DNA of 63,139 bases, filler included, from Octopus bimaculoides (taxonomy: Eukaryota), in NCBI RefSeq assembly GCF_001194135.2. It is 7 parts of 5 records of this genome, joined end to end, with 100 filler letters (N's around TTAATTAATTAA, not from the genome) between each part and the next. Parts side by side here need not be neighbours in the genome. Positions count along the whole stretch, not along the records: positions 21,861 to 27,944 come from NC_068981.1; positions 28,045 to 34,387 come from NC_068981.1; positions 34,488 to 42,772 come from NW_026309667.1; 4 more parts are not named here. One strand, 5' to 3'. A model generated the notes under the pieces. It saw only the letters and a program-made list of their open reading frames with translations, searched no databases and had not been told where the DNA came from. A program made the position numbers and the translations under genes. Positions within the stretch are counted from its first letter, which is position 1; every line of letters starts with the position of its first letter. Below, piece after piece: positions 24,801 through 38,627 of the stretch.

Positions 24801-27800
24801 TACTTGCTTGAAGAAAACTCCAGTCCCAATACAGACAGAATTACTCTGATCTCAGAAAAAATTGAATAGAATTGCTAATTTGAATAAATGTGAATCTAGT
24901 TCTGATTAGTTACATATTTAGGAACAAAGTGTTTATTAAATTTAAAGCAATTTCCAATAGTTTTGTGCCCTTTGTCATCACTATATATTCAGCTCTCACT
25001 GGTAACTCCAAGTAAATGTGAGTAGATGATAATCTCTACACTTTGAGCAACTATCTCAGTTGATTGTCAGAGTAGCTCTTTGTTGAGAATCTGTCCTTTC
25101 ATTCTTTTAAAAAAAATAAAGGGAAGGACAAATTTGTAAAAGTAGTCCTAGCTACACCATGTCTAAAAAAAATGTGGATTAGTCATGGCTGGAATACTTT
25201 TGATCATAGCTTTGCATGGTCAGGCCTTGGAGTTAAGCAACAAAAGGTTGAACAGCAGATGTGTGAGAGCAAAATGAATGATACAGACAGGCATACACAA
25301 AGCTTATGTCATTGGGTATTAAAGTAGACATTGTAGAAAAAAATCATAAATTCTAAGTATCAACACAGGTTAAACATTGCATATAGATAAAAAAAAAGTA
25401 TTAAACTAAATAGACTGAATAAGGTTTCTAACAGTTGAGTTATGAATTCATAGTCTTTTGATGCTGAATTCTACTTACTTCACCAAAATGAAGGTAACAA
25501 GGAAGCCTCTTTGTGGTTGTTGGACCTATTCTAGCAAGTTAGAATGGAAGAATTAACGAAAAATCCCTCCAAAAACATCTCAAAGTGAAGAACATTTTTT
25601 ATCTTGAGTTAAATGAAGGTTAGCAATTTATTAAACATATTTATAGCTATGCATTAATAAACTCTATGATAAAGTTAACTTGAAGGAATTTATGCCATTG
25701 TACTAATAATAATTTACTAACACATTCATATTTAATAACCATTATGTCTGTAGCGATTTTGTAGTAGCCTGACAGAACAGAATCTGAGACAGAAGTAAAG
25801 AAAACAGTTGCTAGTGTTTACAGAATATAGTAAAGATCTGAGAGGAAGATGTTAGATTGTAGTGTAAAGGTATGTATAAGAGTGGTATTTCTATATCTGG
25901 AAGACTATATTGCATTTTCATGAACAATGGCATGTAAAGATTTTCTGTTTTACTGCACTCAGCACCTCATAATGGTTATTTACAGATCTATATTATATTA
26001 TACATATATAAACTGGTACTCTGTCAGTAATGACAACAGGTCTCCAGTTGATCAGATCAATGAAATAACCTGCTTGTGAAGTTAACATGCAAGTGGTTAA
26101 GCACACCACAGACATGCGCACCTGTGATGTAATTCTCAGGGAGATTCAACATGACACAGAATGTGACAAAGCTGGCCCTTTGAAATACTGGTACAACTCA
26201 TTTTAGAATGTTTCTTTACCTGTGCATGTAAAAGAGATGTGCCCTAAGGATTAAGATTAATTATAATCTAAATGACACTAAAGTTTACTATAAACAGATT
26301 CTAAGAACATAAAAAGCCACATTAATTTAAATATTGAAAATAAATTAACTCTGCAACATTATTTACCTCAAGGGATTATAGTTTAGTAGATATTTACAAT
26401 TTCTTATATATATATAAGAAATTGTAAATATCTACTAAACTATAATCCGTCTATTAACAATTAAGACTGTGGTTAATTAGTAGAGTCATTAGATTGTTAG
26501 AATGCCTTGCAAGATTTATTCCAACTCCTTGAGCCCTGAGTTCAAATTCTGCCAAGGTTAGTATTGTTTTTCATTCTTTCAGAATTGATAGAAAACTTAG
26601 CAACCCTGGGTAGTGAATCAGCAGAACAGAGGGCTAAGCAAAATGTCCTGCAGTGTCTGTTCTGGTTCTTTGTGTTCTGATAGTAACACCTGTGATGACA
26701 TTAATGTCAAGCTGTATCGGCTTAAGTGAGTCACCTTTCTTTTGGATAAACATTGGTGGTAGAGAGAAGGGACTTGCATGCATTATTAACTACCAGTCTT
26801 CTTGCTTGAAAGAAAAAAAGTCCTGCCCAGGTCTGTGCATATATGTACAAGATGCATAGTTAACCTTGTCTGACAGGGCATCATCACCATCACCATAACT
26901 TTACTAAGACTACTTACAAGATGTGTCACTTCTTGATACCTAAAAGTGCCTCATTATTTATTAAATTATAGTCATTATTCTGAGAATTAAGAATAATAAT
27001 AACAAAATAAAATTGTAACAATTGAAATATTTTTTGGTTTTCTTAAAAACAAAAAAAAAATTGTTTTAAGGACAAAACTCATATTTTGAGTGATATCTTT
27101 AGACTAGTTACATATGACAGAGCTTATGCACAAAAATATTTAAAATATCAGTTCTATTTTCAAACATTAAGCTTCCGATGATTTCTAACATATTAACATA
27201 TAAAATATATTTGATTATTTCAAGCAAAGAGATTGATTTTAGTTCAAAATATTTTGGCAGTTGGTTAAAAGGCTTATGTCATGGGTTCCTCATTTTTAAA
27301 ATTATATTTTCCAGTATCCCAGTAGTGACAAACATGTAAAAGAATCAAGGAGAAAATCCAAATATATTCTAGCATTAAGTGACAAAATATTCCAAAGCTT
27401 AACTTCTTGTGACAATAGTTTAAAAAATAACTGTACCAGGCACATAGAAGATTTTGTTAGAGAAAATCAATTGGGATCTTCTTTGAATAATTTCAAAATA
27501 TAACTGCTTTTTTTATTCAAATTAATAGAATAAATCATTAAAGATAAGTAAATCTGTGGATGTGCTATTATGTTAACAGCTTTGAATACTTTCTCCATTA
27601 CAATTGATCACCATCTAGCTTTTGGGTAATGTCTTATTTCCTTGTATTAAAATGTGATAATTTTAGAGATCATTTATTTTCCCCCTTTTTGAAACATGAG
27701 ACAATTCAGGTGTTTTTTTTTTTTAACATTATATTGGCCATGTTAATCTCATCTTCAATAAAATATGATGAGCTAACAGAAGATGCAAATCCTTACTGAG

Positions 27801-28408
27801 CAGAATGTAGGATGAAATCTGGAGTGAGACCTAGTGGGTTATAAAATATAACCTGGCACATCAGAGAATGCTTGACAAACAATTAAAAAGAAACAGTCAA
27901 TGATATACAAGAATAATGACCAAGTTTTGTATAGCCATGGCAGTNNNNNNNNNNNNNNNNNNNNNNNNNNNNNNNNNNNNNNNNNNNNTTAATTAATTAA
28001 NNNNNNNNNNNNNNNNNNNNNNNNNNNNNNNNNNNNNNNNNNNNCCCCCCCCCCGCCTATTTACATTCCTAAGTCTTTCCTGACCTGTCCCAATCTGACC
28101 TCCTCTCATCTCAGCAAGCAATGACCTGGCAGTGTTGTTGTTGTTGTTAGGGTTACATTGGCCTTGCTCAGCCCAGATCTCACTGACCTGTGTCACAGTG
28201 AGAGAGAGAAAGTGAAGAGAGGGCGAGGAAGAGAGAGAGAGACAGACAGAGATACAGAGATACATTACACACACACACACACACATATATATTTATATAT
28301 GTGTGTATGTAGGTATCCCTACCTCCTTTTTCTTCCTCTTCACACTTTCTTCCCTCTCTCAATCCATCCATCCCTGTCTTTATCTCTCTCTATCTATTTG
28401 TCTCTGTC

Positions 28409-28447
<39 letters not shown>

Positions 28448-28448
28448 G

Positions 28449-28487
<39 letters not shown>

Positions 28488-29061
28488 TTCTCTATTTATC
28501 TGTCTCTCTGTCTCTATCCATCCATCCATCTATCTATCTATCTATCTATCTATATCCATATATTCTTTTATTCTTTTCCTTGTTTCAGTCATTGGACTGT
28601 GGCCATGCTGGGGCACTGCCGCCAAGAATTCTTTAGTCCAAAGACCCTGCCCCACCCCCACCACTATTTAAATCAATTCATTTTTTTTTAACTTGGGACT
28701 TACTATATTGGACCCCTTTGCTAAAGGCTAAGTTATGGGCTGGAGGCGGGTGGGTTGGTGGTGGGGAGGGAAACACACACACACAGAGACATATAGGAAA
28801 GAGAGATGTGTAAGTAGGGAGGGAGAGAAATTTGTGAGGGGTTATCAATGGCATTGGATGACCTAGAAAACTGAACTTAATGGATACCATCCAAAGTTTG
28901 ACCACTCAAACCGATTCCCTCCCACCAACTGCCGCCCACCTTCTCTTGCCATGGTCATCTCTTAATAATAACTACTAACACCACCATCATGGCCATCACC
29001 ATCAACAACAGCAGTATCATCAACATGCCTACAACCACAGCAGGATAAATTAACAATATGA

Positions 29062-29067
<6 letters not shown>

Positions 29068-29121
<54 letters not shown>

Positions 29122-29131
29122 CAGTAGCAGT

Positions 29132-29183
<52 letters not shown>

Positions 29184-29231
29184 ACAGCAGCATGGGTAAC
29201 ATTTGTAGCAGCAGCAGCAGCAGCAGTAGTA
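29068..29231. repeat. (TAG)n/(CAG)n compound microsatellite
   Basis: Direct reading; explains the poly-L/V/Y ORFs in the track. Confidence 0.95.
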
Positions 29232-29272
29232 GGAGGCCTTTCTTTTCACTAAACCTTGAAAGAAATGGAGCA

Positions 29273-29683
29273 TGCAACGTCTGATCAATAAGTATCCGGA
29301 CTGTTGCCATAGTAACAAAGCTAAATCATGCAGAGTGAAGCTGCTTGGTAAAGATTCACCTTGAACTCTGTTGTGCATGTGCATTAAGTTTTAGCATTCT
29401 AGCTCACTTCTGCTGTTCACAGCAGTGCTTGGAAGGAAGGTGTGTAGCGTGTGATTGTTGCATTGACCATGTCAGAGGAAGTTGTCATGGCAATACCTGC
29501 TCAGAGGCCCATGCAAAGTTGCAGAAAGTGTATGGAGAGGAGTGTATGAGTTGCACAAAAATGTACGAGTGGTTCAGACGTTTCCAAGATGGCCGAAAAA
29601 TATCGATAGTGACAAACCTTCTGGGAGACTCACAACCAGCAGAACTGAGAAAAACATCGCAGATGTGTGTGCAGCTGTGAGGG
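29273..29683 (+). mobile_element. Mariner transposon 5' end with N-terminal HTH of transposase (frameshifted, truncated by gap)
   Basis: EAHAKLQKVYGEECMSCTKMYEWFRRFQDGR, then DSDKPSGRLTTSRTEKNIADV. TIR-like GTCTGATCAATAAGTATCCGGAC at the start. Confidence 0.85.
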
Positions 29684-31076
29684 NNNNNNNNNNNNNNNNN
29701 NNNNNNNNNNNNNNNNNNNNNNNNNNNNNNNNNNNNNNNNNNNNNNNNNNNNNNNNNNNNNNNNNNNNNNNNNNNNNNNNNNNNNNNNNNNNNNNNNNNN
29801 NNNNNNNNNNNNNNNNNNNNNNNNNNNNNNNNNNNNNNNNNNNNNNNNNNNNNNNNNNNNNNNNNNNNNNNNNNNNNNNNNNNNNNNNNNNNNNNNNNNN
29901 NNNNNNNNNNNNNNNNNNNNNNNNNNNNNNNNNNNNNNNNNNNNNNNNNNNNNNNNNNNNNNNNNNNNNNNNNNNNNNNNNNNNNNNNNNNNNNNNNNNN
30001 NNNNNNNNNNNNNNNNNNNNNNNNNNNNNNNNNNNNNNNNNNNNNNNNNNNNNNNNNNNNNNNNNNNNNNNNNNNNNNNNNNNNNNNNNNNNNNNNNNNN
30101 NNNNNNNNNNNNNNNNNNNNNNNNNNNNNNNNNNNNNNNNNNNNNNNNNATTAAAATGTAACCTTAGTGAAGGGCTTTTGCTATCCCCCCTCCCCAGTAA
30201 CCCTTATAAAATAAAATGAAACATAAATGAAGCTCTGTATATATATATATATATATATATATGATATCATCATCATCATCATCTTTTAACGTCCATTTTT
30301 CCCTGCTGGCATGGATTGGATAGTTTGAGAGGAGCTGGTAAGGCCAGGCGCTGCACCAGGCTCCAGTCTTCTGTTTTGGTTTGTTTTCTACAGCTGGATG
30401 CCCTTCCTAACACCAACCACTTTACAGAGTGTACTGGGTGTTTTTCATGTGGCACCAGCACCAACAGGGTGACCAAGCAACTTGTAAGACAAAACGCCTT
30501 GACTGGAAGTGGGGGAGTGGTATTGAGCTGGGTGGTAGCTTTGTGCCAGTTAAGAGATTTAAGGTATAGAGGGGACAGATATAGGTCTCTTATTTGTGAG
30601 TAGATACAGGGATACCCCAGTTGGAAGAGAAAAGAGGTACTGTATTCGAAAAGGTACTGCTTCTAATAGGTACACCAGTTTTAGCAGATCTTATTGAGGA
30701 CCACCACCTGCTATGAATCTAAAAACTCCGACCCACACTTTATAAAGTGCCAGATAATTTTGACAGAGCAGACTGGAGCCTGGTGCAGCCTCCTGGCTTC
30801 CCAAACCCCAGTCGAACCATCCAACCCATGCTAGCATGGGAAACGGACGTTAAACGACAATGATGATGATGATGATGTACCTCAAAAATTGGCAAATATA
30901 TTAGTAGATGCTTATAATTGTACAAGGGCCAAGAAGGTCCAGATTGTTGTTTAGGTTTGATCTGATGAAATACCATCATCATCATCATCATGATCAACAT
31001 CAACAACGGCAAGAACAATGACATCAGTAGTAATAAGAACACCACCACCACCACCACCACCACCACCATTACAAAA

Positions 31077-31109
<33 letters not shown>

Positions 31110-31890
31110 GTTATTTCCAATTCCATGTTGTTGGTATATTCTTCACNNNNNNNNNNNNNNNNNNNNNNNNNNNNNNNNNNNNNNNNNNNNNNNNNNNNNN
31201 NNNNNNNNNNNNNNNNNNNNNNNNNNNNNNNNNNNNNNNNNNNNNNNNNNNNNNNNNNNNNNNNNNNNNNNNNNNNNNNNNNNNNNNNNNNNNNNNNNNN
31301 NNNNNNNNNNNNNNNNNNNNNNNNNNNNNNNNNNNNNNNNNNNNNNNNNNNNNNNNNNNNNNNNNNNNNNNNNNNNNNNNNNNNNNNNNNNNNNNNNNNN
31401 NNNNNNNNNNNNNNNNNNNNNNNNNNNNNNNNNNNNNNNNNNNNNNNNNNNNNNNNNNNNNNNNNNNNNNNNNNNNNNNNNNNNNNNNNNNNNNNNNNNN
31501 NNNNNNNNNNNNNNNNNNNNNNNNNATCTAAAAAGCTGGCACCAGTGGCAAAACAGTCGTTCCTCTGGGATTATATGAAACATTGACAGTATTTTCAAAG
31601 TGAGGTTAGACATTTTTTTCACCTGACTGATTTTTATGAACTCCATTTTTGTGAGCCTCATTTAAGAACAGGTGGAGGTGTGGTTCAGAAGTTTGCTTCC
31701 CAACTACATGGATTCAGGTTCAGTCCTACTGCACGGCACTTTGGGCAAATGTCTCCGACTGGTCAACCCCAGGTCAACCAGAGCCTTGGGAGTGGATTTG
31801 GTAGCCAGAAACCTATGTATGTATGTATGAGTATATGTATGTATGTATATATGCATGTGTGTGTATCTGTGTGTGTGTGTTTGTGTGTGT

Positions 31891-32197
31891 GTAGTGGTTA
31901 GGGCATTCTGCTCATGATCGTAAGGCCATGAGTTCAATTCCCGGCGACGCGTTGTGTCCTTGAGCAAGACACTTTATTTCACGTTGCTCCAGTCCACTCA
32001 GCTGGCAAAAATGAGTAGCACCTGTAATTCAGATGGTCAGCCTTGTCACAATCTGTGTCACGGTGAATCTCCCTGAGAACTACATTAGGGGTACATATGT
32101 CTGTGGAGTGCTCACCCACTTGCATGTTAATTTCATGAGCAAGCTGTTCCATTGATCGGATCAGCTGGGACCCTCATCGTTGTAACTGATGGAGTGC
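31891..32197 (+). mobile_element. tRNA-derived SINE family B
   Basis: A box GTAGTGGTTAGG, B box GAGTTCAATTCCC, CCTTGAGCAAGACACT core. A partial inverted copy lies at ~26023-26205. Confidence 0.8.
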
Positions 32198-32241
32198 TAC
32201 TACACACACACATATATATATATATATAGATACATACACAG

Positions 32242-32283
<42 letters not shown>

Positions 32284-33659
32284 TTCGTTTTGGGATTTGG
32301 TTTGCAAGATTCTTTATGTGAGTTCATGTGTTGAAGCATATTCTGTTGTGTCTGGGGAGAGTCATTTTCTTTTTGTGCCTTATAATTTAACAGACTCACC
32401 GGTAAAAATTTCCACTTATTTCTTATTTTTATTTTCCTAAAATTTTCGTTTCGTTTTGCAGCCTTTTCAGTAATCTTGACTCTGTCCGTTATTTACTCTG
32501 CGTTCCTTTTTGTTTGTTTGTGCGCATGTGTGTGTGTATGTGTGTGTGTGCCTATGCATGCATGCATATGTATGTATGTATGTATGTATGTATGTGTGTG
32601 CATCTCTATGTATGTATTCTGCATATTCATGTACTTGCATGTNNNNNNNNNNNNNNNNNNNNNNNNNNNNNNNNNNNNNNNNNNNNNNNNNNNNNNNNNN
32701 NNNNNNNNNNNNNNNNNNNNNNNNNNNNNNNNNNNNNNNNNNNNNNNNNNNNNNNNNNNNNNNNNNNNNNNNNNNNNNNNNNNNNNNNNNNNNNNNNNNN
32801 NNNNNNNNNNNNNNNNNNNNNNNNNNNNNNNNNNNNNNNNNNNNNNNNNNNNNNNNNNNNNNNNNNNNNNNNNNNNNNNNNNNNNNNNNNNNNNNNNNNN
32901 NNNNNNNNNNNNNNNNNNNNNNNNNNNNNNNNNNNNNNNNNNNNNNNNNNNNNNNNNNNNNNNNNNNNNNNNNNNNNNNNNNNNNNNNNNNNNNNNNNNN
33001 NNNNNNNNNNNNNNNNNNNNNNNNNNNNNNNNNNNNNNNNNNNNNNNNNNNNNNNNNNNNNNNNNNNNNNNNNNNNNNNNNNNNNNNNNNNNNNNNNNNN
33101 NNNNNNTCTGCCAGCTGTCAAGTAAAATGTGTGTGTATATATGGTCATGTGTTTCAGTCTCCATTTGTGTATGTGTGCTTGACTGTTCATATAACCTATG
33201 TACCTATCCGTTTGTATATCTTCACTTCCATATGTGTACATACCTGTGCATGTACACATATATACCCCCCCCACACACACACACACACATACATACATCT
33301 AGCTACATAACAGCCCACTAACTATTCTACTCTACCTGTGTAAACTGTGGGTTTTTTTTATTTAGTATTGAGGAAGTTTCTTTTATAAGGACGTACTCCC
33401 ATATTTGTTTGAGTGTTGGGTCTTTTGGGTGCCTGGATAAGATGCGGATGTCAAGTTGACTCAAGTCATTAGGAAGGGCATCCAGCTGTAGGAACTTTGC
33501 CACATCAGATTGGAGCCTGGTACAGGCTTCTGGCTTGCCGGTCCTCAGTCAAACCGTCCAACCCATGACAGCATGGAAAGCGGACGTTAAACGACAATGA
33601 TGATGATGATCCTCGATACTTTTGGACCAGGCCCCTTGTATATATTATATAACCCTTAA

Positions 33660-34090
33660 TAAATATGAATAGTTTAGGTGGAAGTGTACTGCCTTGATGT
33701 ACACCTCAAATTCTTTACTTTTGGTCAAAAAAGTATGAATGCCGACATTGGTATTTGTGTGCAAAGTCATAATCATGGAAATAAAAATATCTGGTGTTTC
33801 ATGATAATTTAGTGATGTCTTGGAACTGCTGCCCTGTTTAAACAAATACTTTTGTAATGTCTGCAAAATTTACCATAAAATATTGTTTTGTCGAGCAGCA
33901 AGCATTGATACCGATTCTTCGTGACCTCGTTTGATCAGCTCTTTCTCTATCTGACGGCAAAACGGATTATAAGCTTAAGATTCTTGTCCCCTGTGTCATC
34001 TCTTGTGATGTGCACTCAGCACCCAAAGAACTAGGAACAACGGATGCTGACGTTGTGAAATCCATGTGAGATCTTCATCTTCTCCAAAAG
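33660..34090 (-). mobile_element. Degenerate LINE (RTE-like) reverse transcriptase remnant
   Basis: Minus-strand frames give NFADITKVF (cf. FxDFxKAFD) and GVHQGSTLPPKLFIF (cf. GVxQGxxLSPxLF) in the right order, with frameshifts. Confidence 0.55.
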
Positions 34091-34249
34091 TTCCTTTTAG
34101 TCTTAATCAGTGGCTCTCAATGAAGGTCTGTATGACCCCGAGGGTTTCCATAGGACCCTTGTGGTGGTCCACATTAGATTTTATGCATTGTAGGAGTACA
34201 GCCGAATTATTGCTTGTAAATGTCAACAACAAAGGGAAAAGAAGAGGAG

Positions 34250-34387
34250 GAAGAAGAAGAAGAAGAAGAAGAAGAAGAAGAAGAAGAAGAAGAAGAAGAA
34301 GAAGAAGAAGAAGAAGAAGAAGAATAATGAGAAGAAGAAGAAGAATGAGAAGAAGAATGAGAAGAAGAAGAAGAATGAGAAGAAGAA
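34250..34387. repeat. (GAA)n microsatellite
   Basis: Direct reading. Confidence 0.95.
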
Positions 34388-34488
34388 NNNNNNNNNNNNN
34401 NNNNNNNNNNNNNNNNNNNNNNNNNNNNNNNTTAATTAATTAANNNNNNNNNNNNNNNNNNNNNNNNNNNNNNNNNNNNNNNNNNNNA

Positions 34489-34494
34489 TATATA

Positions 34495-34557
<63 letters not shown>

Positions 34558-34692
34558 AATGTGTATATATATATGCATATATATATATATAATGTGTATA
34601 TATATATGCATATATATATATAATGTGTATATATATGTATATATATATATAATGTATATCTATGTGTATATAGATGTTGTGTATATATATAA

Positions 34693-34755
<63 letters not shown>

Positions 34756-34857
34756 ATAAACATATAATGTGTATATATATATGCATATATATATATAATG
34801 TGTATATATATATATAATGTATATCTATGTGTATATAGATATTGTGTATATATATAA

Positions 34858-34932
<75 letters not shown>

Positions 34933-34985
34933 ATAAACATATAATGTGTATATATATATATATGCTGTATATATATGTATAATGT
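34489..34985. repeat. Compound TA/TG higher-order tandem repeat
   Basis: The block ...ataatgtatatctatgtgtatatagat.ttgtgtat...gtgtataaacatataatgtg occurs twice about 180 bp apart. Confidence 0.8.
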
Positions 34986-35109
34986 GTGCTAGCATGGGTT
35001 GGATGATTTGACTGAGGACTAGTGAAACCAGATGGCTACACCAGGCTCCAATCTGATTTGGCAGAGTTTCTACAGCTGGATGCCCTTCCTACCGCCAACC
35101 ACTCAGAGA

Positions 35110-35146
<37 letters not shown>

Positions 35147-35787
35147 CTCTCTTTTACTTTTTACTTGTTTCAGTCATTTGACTGCGGCCATACTGGAGCA
35201 CCGCCTTAAGTCGAGCAACTCGACCCCAGGACTTATTCTTTGGAAGCCTAGTACTATTCTACCAGTNNNNNNNNNNNNNNNNNNNNNNNNATATATATAT
35301 ATATTGCTATCTGATGCCATCCATTGTCTTTTACAGCTGGACCTATATCAGGAATTCCTCAGTATTTGTCGAGTTTATAACAAATGATAGAAATTGAAAA
35401 TGGAATGTATGAGAGACTGATATAAAGTTCCTTGTATATGCCATTTTCCATTTCTGTCATCAGTCCCACTGTGTGGCACCTTGGGCAATTATCTTCTATT
35501 ATAGCCTTGGGCCAACCAAAGCCTTGTGAGTGGATTTGGTAGATGGAAACTGAAAGAAGCCTGTCATATATGTGTGTACGCATGCCTATGTTTGTCCCCC
35601 CACCCCACCCTTGCTAGACAACTGATGCTGGTGTGTTTATGTCCCTGTAGCTTAGTGGTTCAGCAAAAGAGACCAATAAAATAAGTACTAGTGTTTGATT
35701 TCTTGGGCTAAAAATGAAAATTTCAAGGTGGTGCTCCAGCATGGCCACAGTCAAAACAGACTGAAACAAGTAGTGAGAGAATAAAAG

Positions 35788-35822
<35 letters not shown>

Positions 35823-36258
35823 GAAACATGGATAAACGCAAGGTGATATTGTTGTTCCTACATCTGTTTCACCATTATGGCTGTTTAGATCCCTGTGTTT
35901 AAGTACCCCTATACAAATGCACCCGGAACACGCATTGCACATAGATGTCTGTGACTTAATGCCATAAAATGTCTCCTGATAATCTGTTGTGGCCAAGAGT
36001 CTCAAATACACCTGGAAAAACCTATTGCTAGGTTCCCAACAACTACAATAATGAAACACACATAGGAACTATAATAAGAATTTGTGTTTATCCTTATTTC
36101 TCTTCCATTTGTTCTGTAGCTCTTAACTGGTGATACTACTCTGTATAGAAGTTAATTAACAATTATACAGAAAACACACTGGATGAAGACCATCTACATT
36201 GAGCTCTAAACATAACAGTAGCAGTCTGACATCTTTTTGTTCACACGATTTCTACTTT

Positions 36259-36647
36259 GAGTGGCTGTGTGGTAAGTAGCTTGCTTACCAACCACATGGT
36301 TCCGGGTTCAGTCCCACTGCGTGGCACCTTGGGCAAGTGTCTTCTACTATAGCCCCAGGTCGACTAAAGCCTTGTGAGTGGAGTTGGTAGACAGAAACTG
36401 AAAGAAGCCTGTCGTATATATGTGTATATATGTGTGTTTGTGTGTCTGTGTTTGTTCCACCACCATCGCTTGACAACCGATGTTGGTGTGTTTACGTCCC
36501 TGTAACTTAGCGGTTCGGCAAAAAGAGACCGATAGAATAAGTACTAGGCTTACAGAGAATAAGTCTTGGGGTTGATTTGCTCGACTAAAGACAGTGCTCC
36601 AGCAAGGCCGCAGTCAAATGATTGAAACAAGTAAAAGAGTAAAAGAG
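36259..36647 (+). mobile_element. Full-length young tRNA-derived SINE (family A)
   Basis: A/B-box head GTGGCTGTGTGGTAAG...GGGTTCAGTCCC, body GGCACCTTGGGCAAGTG, internal microsatellite and (GTAAAAGA)n tail. Many related copies in the window. Confidence 0.85.
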
Positions 36648-36948
36648 GAAATGAGAAATGAGAACATAAAAAACAAAAACATAGAAAACAAACTTTTTTT
36701 TCCGAACAACGAAAGAAACAAATAGAGAAACGAGACATGCAACATAAAGAACGGTCCCTTCATCAGTTGTCCCTTGTTTTATCTACTCCGCAGGAGGTAT
36801 AAATTTATTTCACCAACCGACACCCATATAATGGCGATTGTTTTGCAGTCTTCAACATATAAAAAAGTCAGTTATTTTGTTGTATAATAAATAAATAAGA
36901 AATCATTTTACATGCCTATATTAATGTATATAATATAAATTATGTTGA

Positions 36949-37165
36949 GGCGCAATGGCCCAATGGTTAGGGCAGCGGACTCGCGGTCGTAGGATCGCGG
37001 TTTCGATTCCCAGACCGGGCGTTGTGAGTGTTTATTGAGCAAAAACACCTAGAGCTCCACGAGGCTCCGGCAGGGGATGGTGGCGAACCCTGCTGTACTC
37101 TTTCACCACAACTTTCTTCCTGTTTCTGTTGTGCCTGTAATTCAAAGGGTCAGCCTTGTCACACT
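36949..37165 (+). mobile_element. SINE with tRNA-Arg-like head (family B-related 3' part)
   Basis: GGCGCAATGGCCCAATGGTTAGGGC...GGTTTCGATTCCC resembles tRNA-Arg and shares TGTAATTCAAAGGGTCAGCCTTGTCAC with family B. tRNA-Arg-derived SINEs (OR1/OR2) are known from octopus; family identity was not verified. Confidence 0.7.
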
Positions 37166-37289
37166 GTTTTCTTTGTTTTCTATATTGTTTTAACCTCCAA
37201 CTTCCACTTTTGGATCCTCTCCTTCTAGCTCATATAAGCTAGTTGTGTTTATTTAGCATTCACTCTACCCTGAATTGTGGCACAAAATG

Positions 37290-37620
37290 GACAGATTTTG
37301 GAACACCGATGAACTTTTATGCAAATGTATCAACTTAAAAGATAAACATATTACAATGGATATTATAATGGACAATACCAAGTGGACTCCCACTTTTTAT
37401 CTCTCATGTTTCTCCCTCTTTTACTTTTTTCTTGGTGACTTTATTGTGATATAATACTTGGGAAAGAACATATTTGCGGCTGAAGATAGCGTTATACCAT
37501 CCTGTCTTTCAATTATATACCAATATAATGATGCGACGACTACAAAGCTTGAAACATGTGTACCGCGGAATCCTTTGTGTTCTGTTTTTATTTTTAGTTT
37601 TTAATTTATTCTTTCACCCC
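37290..37620 (+). mobile_element. Probable Penelope pseudo-LTR remnant
   Basis: Weak C-terminal-like peptide NTDELLCKCINLKDKHI followed by a hammerhead-like motif at 37473-37569. Confidence 0.35.
37473..37569 (+). ncRNA. Candidate minimal type I hammerhead ribozyme
   Basis: tttGCGG-CTGAAGA-tAGC...GCTt-GAAAC-ATGT-GTA-CCGCgga: both core strands are intact, stem I is GCGG/CCGC plus wobbles, and stem III is 2 bp with the palindrome ACATGT. Confidence 0.5.
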
Positions 37621-37683
37621 GGCCACTATCTGGCATATACAGGTGCTTGCAATTAGCAAGTATTACCTCTAAAATTTACCTTA

Positions 37684-37735
<52 letters not shown>

Positions 37736-38567
37736 CTCCAGCATGACCACAGCCACTTGGCTGAAACCCATAAATAAATAAATAAATATATATATATACA
37801 CACACACATACATACATACATACATACATACATACATACATACAATCAGAAAATCTGCCTACTTACAACCCATGCTAATGGAGTATTGAAGTACCAGGTT
37901 TACTTTGCAGCCACGGGGTTTTGTGTTCAATCTCATTGCATGGCACCTTGAGCTTGTGTTTTTCTGTTATAGCCCGAGGTCAGTCAGTTCCTTGTGAGTG
38001 GATTTTTGTAGATTCTCTGTAAAAGCCTGTTGTTTATAGCATCTGTGTGTTGGTTTATGTATCTTGGTGTCTTTTATTTTTTCTTGTTTTGTCACCTCCC
38101 CCCAACACTTGACAACCGGTGACAGTTTGTTTGCATCCTGTGTGAGGATATGCGTCTTTTATCTTTTGCTTGTTTCTATCATTGGACTGTGGCCCTGCTG
38201 GGGCACTGCCCTTGAGGGTCTAGTCGAAGAAATTGAACCTGGTACTTAGCGTTTTCTTTCTAAACTTGACACTTTTTTTTCTTTATTTAATAAACCGCTA
38301 AGTTATGCGGATGTAAACGAATGAACACTGGTTCTCACACACAGATAAAAACACACATATGTTTAAATGGGTGTATATATGTGTATGCATATATATGTGT
38401 GTGTGTGTGTGTGTACATATGTATGTATATGTGTGTGTGTGTATGTATGTATATGTGTGTGTGTATGTATGTCTATATATTTCTATGTAAATATGTATGT
38501 GTATATATATATGTGTGTGTGTGTATATATGTGTATATGTATATCTATATGCATGTCTGTGTGTGTG

Positions 38568-38627
<60 letters not shown>

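Noticed and set aside
28962-29384. Poly-Y/C/L/V ORFs, and poly-R/S ORFs at 34066 and 50866-51414
   Set aside because: These are translations of trinucleotide microsatellites with no splice or domain support.
36949-37022. Intact tRNA-Arg gene
   Set aside because: The cloverleaf stems do not pair fully and the sequence continues into a SINE body.
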